A DNA stretch of 64,000 nt from Azolla caroliniana. Lineage: Eukaryota; Plantae; Polypodiophyta. The stretch is taken from assembly GCA_043228905.1 (NCBI GenBank), contig JBHGNT010000003.1:16926001-16990000 (forward strand), in the 5' to 3' direction. The notes below the pieces were generated by a model. That model worked only from the letters and a program-made list of their open reading frames with translations, did not search any database and was not told the DNA's origin. The translations under genes were made by a program, and so were the position numbers. Each line of letters opens with the position of its first letter. Within the stretch, counting starts at the first letter, position 1. Below, one piece after another: positions 60,956-64,000 of the stretch.

Positions 60956-63900
60956 TGTATCGATGGAGTAAGCTCCTCGATGTCGTGGCGGGATTTGGAC
61001 CGTCGTATACCCTCTTGATGGCGAATCGGGTGGAGATGGTTGTCGGATACCTCCGAGCCTCACACTCACTCAACGATTAGTAAATGATTAAGCACGATAT
61101 CTCTCTCACTCTCTCAAGCTCTCTCTCATAGACAATAGATTAATAGATATAGACAATAAGAAGAAAGAGTATGTCTATTATTAACCCTCTTTGCTAAGAG
61201 GTCTAGCACCAACAAGGAGAGAGATTAGTGTTCTCTAACTTAACACTTCACTAATCTCTCTTAAGCTCAAAGGTTACAAGAAGGAGGAGAGGAAGCTCTA
61301 GCTCTAATCAATAGGAGATCTTTACAAATGGGAGAACCCCCACAAAGCCACTATTATGTGGTTTATATAGCTTTCACGTTTAGGGTATGGGCCTTTCACA
61401 CTCTGATGTCCTTTAGCCCTCTTTCCTCTTGTCATTCCCTCTTCGTAGGTCCTTTAACCATATTGTGTCCTTGTTGATGCGCTCTTCTTCACAACTAGTC
61501 GTGGTGTTATCCAAGGGCTTAACATCTCCCCAAACCTAATGAGTGCACACTCCCGAGTGCACTATGGGAGGGGAGCTTCGAGTGGTAGTTCTATGGGGCA
61601 TTCAGACTCTTAGTTGCCAAGTCCGGTCGGGGCCTATGGCCTTAACTTGGGCGGGGTATTTGGTCGATGTGCGCAGTTGTCGAGTGTCCCATGCAGTCCT
61701 GGTATAGTCGTGGGTGGGAAGTCGGCTTCGTTTCGGGACCCAGAAGCTAGTGGCACCCTTGTGCCAACCTTGGGCGTTTGTGAGTGCTTTTCTGACTCGC
61801 CAAATAGCACGTTCTCCGCGGCGTGGTCCTTCGGTGAAAGTTGCGTGGACGTTCACCCATTTGCGTGGCGGAGATGTCTTTGTTCCGATGTTAGTGTTTC
61901 TCTGGCCGTGGGTGGCCGGTGGTTGTGCGCGTTCTTTTTGGTTGGGTGGGTTCGCACTCTCGAGTTTGTCGACATCGGTGGGGCGTGATTCGAGAGTTGT
62001 TGTAACAAGTTTCTCGGACCTCACACCATTTGCAGTTTGGAAGGAGACGATGTTCTTGCTTGGCGACAGGAGACATTTGCTTATGTGACACCAATCCAAA
62101 CCGAGGAGGCATGGGGTGTACAACACTTTTGGTGGGAGGACCCAAACGCGAATTGAGTGGTCACTATATTTTGTCTTGATGTTACACACGAAGGTTCCGA
62201 GGCAGGGCGATGTAGAACAATCGAAGCCAAGGAATTTATTGTTGCATACTTCGAGGTTTGGGGAACCTAGATGTTCCCACGTTTCGAAGGAGAAAAGGGT
62301 TAGTGATGCTCCAGTGTCGATCACCGCTGTTAGAGGTACACTGTCGGCGAAGCATGGTAGGTGTGTTGTCACATCAATAGAGGTGCGTTGTGGTCTCTTA
62401 CAAGTCACCGCCCTACTCCCTTGTTCATAGAGTTTGAATTGTTCTGGGAAGTCCACCTCTGTCGAGGTCTGCCGAGTGGTCGCATCCTCTTCCTAGCGTG
62501 CGATTCGTTGCACTAGGCCTGCATCTCTTACGTCTGCCTGTTTTGGTCGGGTTACGAGAGTGGTGACATTAAAACACGAGATCGTGTCTCCATCCTCATC
62601 GCGACACTTTGTACCAATAGGGTACATTGCATCGGTCGTGGCGAGGGCATGCACCCAATTCATCTCTGACGCATCAGAGGCTATGGATTGATCCTCTCTT
62701 TCTCGTGCGTTCTCCGCCTTAGGATTAGTGGATTTTTGAGGAAACGGTTGACCGCTAGCCAAGATTTGGACTGTCTTTGTAAGGTTACACGCTAGGAGGT
62801 TAGTCTCGAACTCGGTGGTTTTTGACCAGTCGTCCACGAGAGGGCTGCCTTCTTGTTCGTGCACCTTTTGTGTGTATGCTTTGATGCGGAAGGTTTTGTT
62901 GTTTTTGCGCATGTAGATTGTATCATTCCCAAAATCCATGACGAGGTGGCTTACACGTAGGAATGGTCTCCCTAGTAACCACTCGTAAGCCACATGATTA
63001 GATGATCTTGTGACGACAAAGGTGAGATTGAACTCGACCCCGTGGATAGTGAAGTGGTGTGCAGGGATCATGCCTTCTGGCCGTTGGATAGACCCATCTG
63101 CCATTCAGAGTTTGACATCCGAAGGAAACATTTTTGGGCTCCCCCACTTACACCAACCTTCGTAGCTGACTATGCTTACCCCCGCTCCAGTGTCGATGAT
63201 CGCGTCACACGTCATGCCATTGACGCAAACGGGGAGAGTGAAACTAGTGTCGTCGCTTTCGAAGTGAGCTTCACATATATCGACCGGCGTTCCTTGGGGT
63301 TGTTTGGAGACTGTGGTCGTATGAGGGATGAGTGTGTCTATCTTTTCTCCATAACCCGCTGACAGGCCTCCATTGAGGTGCCGATGGACGTCATGCCATG
63401 GTTGGATGTCGAGTTGGAGCAGCTCTTCAAGTGTGAACTCTATTTCCTTAGCGAGTATAGGTTGTAGTTGGGGGTTGTCAGTCACGAAGGTGCTGGTGTA
63501 GCTCTGTACTTCGCGCAATGTGAGTCGTAATTTCAAATTTAATATTTGTTGGAGCAAGACCGTGTTGACTTCTTTGATTGGGGTAGATTGGGAGATGGGA
63601 GTGTCGGCTGGTGTTACGACAAGGGGGGGTGTACCCGTGTGTTGGGGTGCAGGATTTACCCATTCTTCAAGTTGGTCGAAGTTTAGGCTCGGAAGACTAA
63701 GCGATCTTTCGCACTGTCCGTGTCGGATGAGTTTGATGTACTCTTCGACCTTTTGTTTTTCAGCTACTGGGTTTGGGTATGCTGCTAGGTGTGCCGACAG
63801 CTCTTGGTTAGGGTTTATGGGTATTGTTTCTACATCTCCCTCCGGTTCTTGTTCTTGCTTTGAGGCCTGCGTGGATGCATTTTTTTTGGATTTTCGTCTC

Positions 63901-64000
63901 TTACGCGTAGTCGTGTGGAGGCCTTGGTCGTGACACTTTAAGTTATGAGCTATTCTCTGAGCTCGTGTGATGACGTTGGCGCCAACCGTTGATGGTACGA
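60956..64000 (-). mobile_element. 3' part of a Gypsy-like LTR element: 3' LTR ~60956-61524, short PPT at 61525-61531, coding region running off the window
   Basis: TGTATCG...CTTAACA bounded segment with TTTATATAG; adjacent TCTCCCC; LINE coding sequence stops exactly at 60955. Confidence 0.7.
61602..63999 (-). pseudogene. Retroelement polyprotein frame with two aspartic-protease domains and two in-frame stops; no RT or integrase
   Basis: ORFs 63557-63105, 63104-62493 and 62456-61602 share one frame that stays open to the window edge; AIIDTGAGVSIV...WLLGRPFL and AVIDTGASLTLF...CLLGLDW. Confidence 0.8.

Overview
Eukaryotic plant genomic DNA, probably a non-seed vascular plant such as a fern (inferred from the TE spectrum, not proven). 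There are two host genes. The last two exons of a mitochondrial carrier gene lie at 163-660 (+), and a complete 3-exon CHX-family cation/H+ antiporter lies at 51354-55299 (+). About 45 kb of nested transposons sit between them. A decayed hAT (10605-44947) contains a Copia (itself holding a young intact chromoviral Gypsy and a solo LTR), a second solo LTR, and a TIR element at 27707-44077 (36-bp TIRs, 4-bp TSD). That TIR element holds a rearranged Gypsy, which holds a young Copia. The best candidate for an undescribed system is the 27707-44077 element: a Sola-like DDE transposase gene head-to-head with an intron-containing, bacterial-type beta-class N6-adenine/N4-cytosine DNA methyltransferase gene. 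Both genes are decayed in this copy. Other notable signals are two independent Gypsy integrants with U3 at both ends (fold-back structure), tRNA-like Pol III A/B-box cassettes inside several unrelated LTRs, a self-priming PBS and a -1 frameshift signal in the chromovirus, and an LTR element at the window end encoding two aspartic-protease domains with no RT/IN before its 3' LTR. All calls come from reading the sequence by eye; no searches were run.
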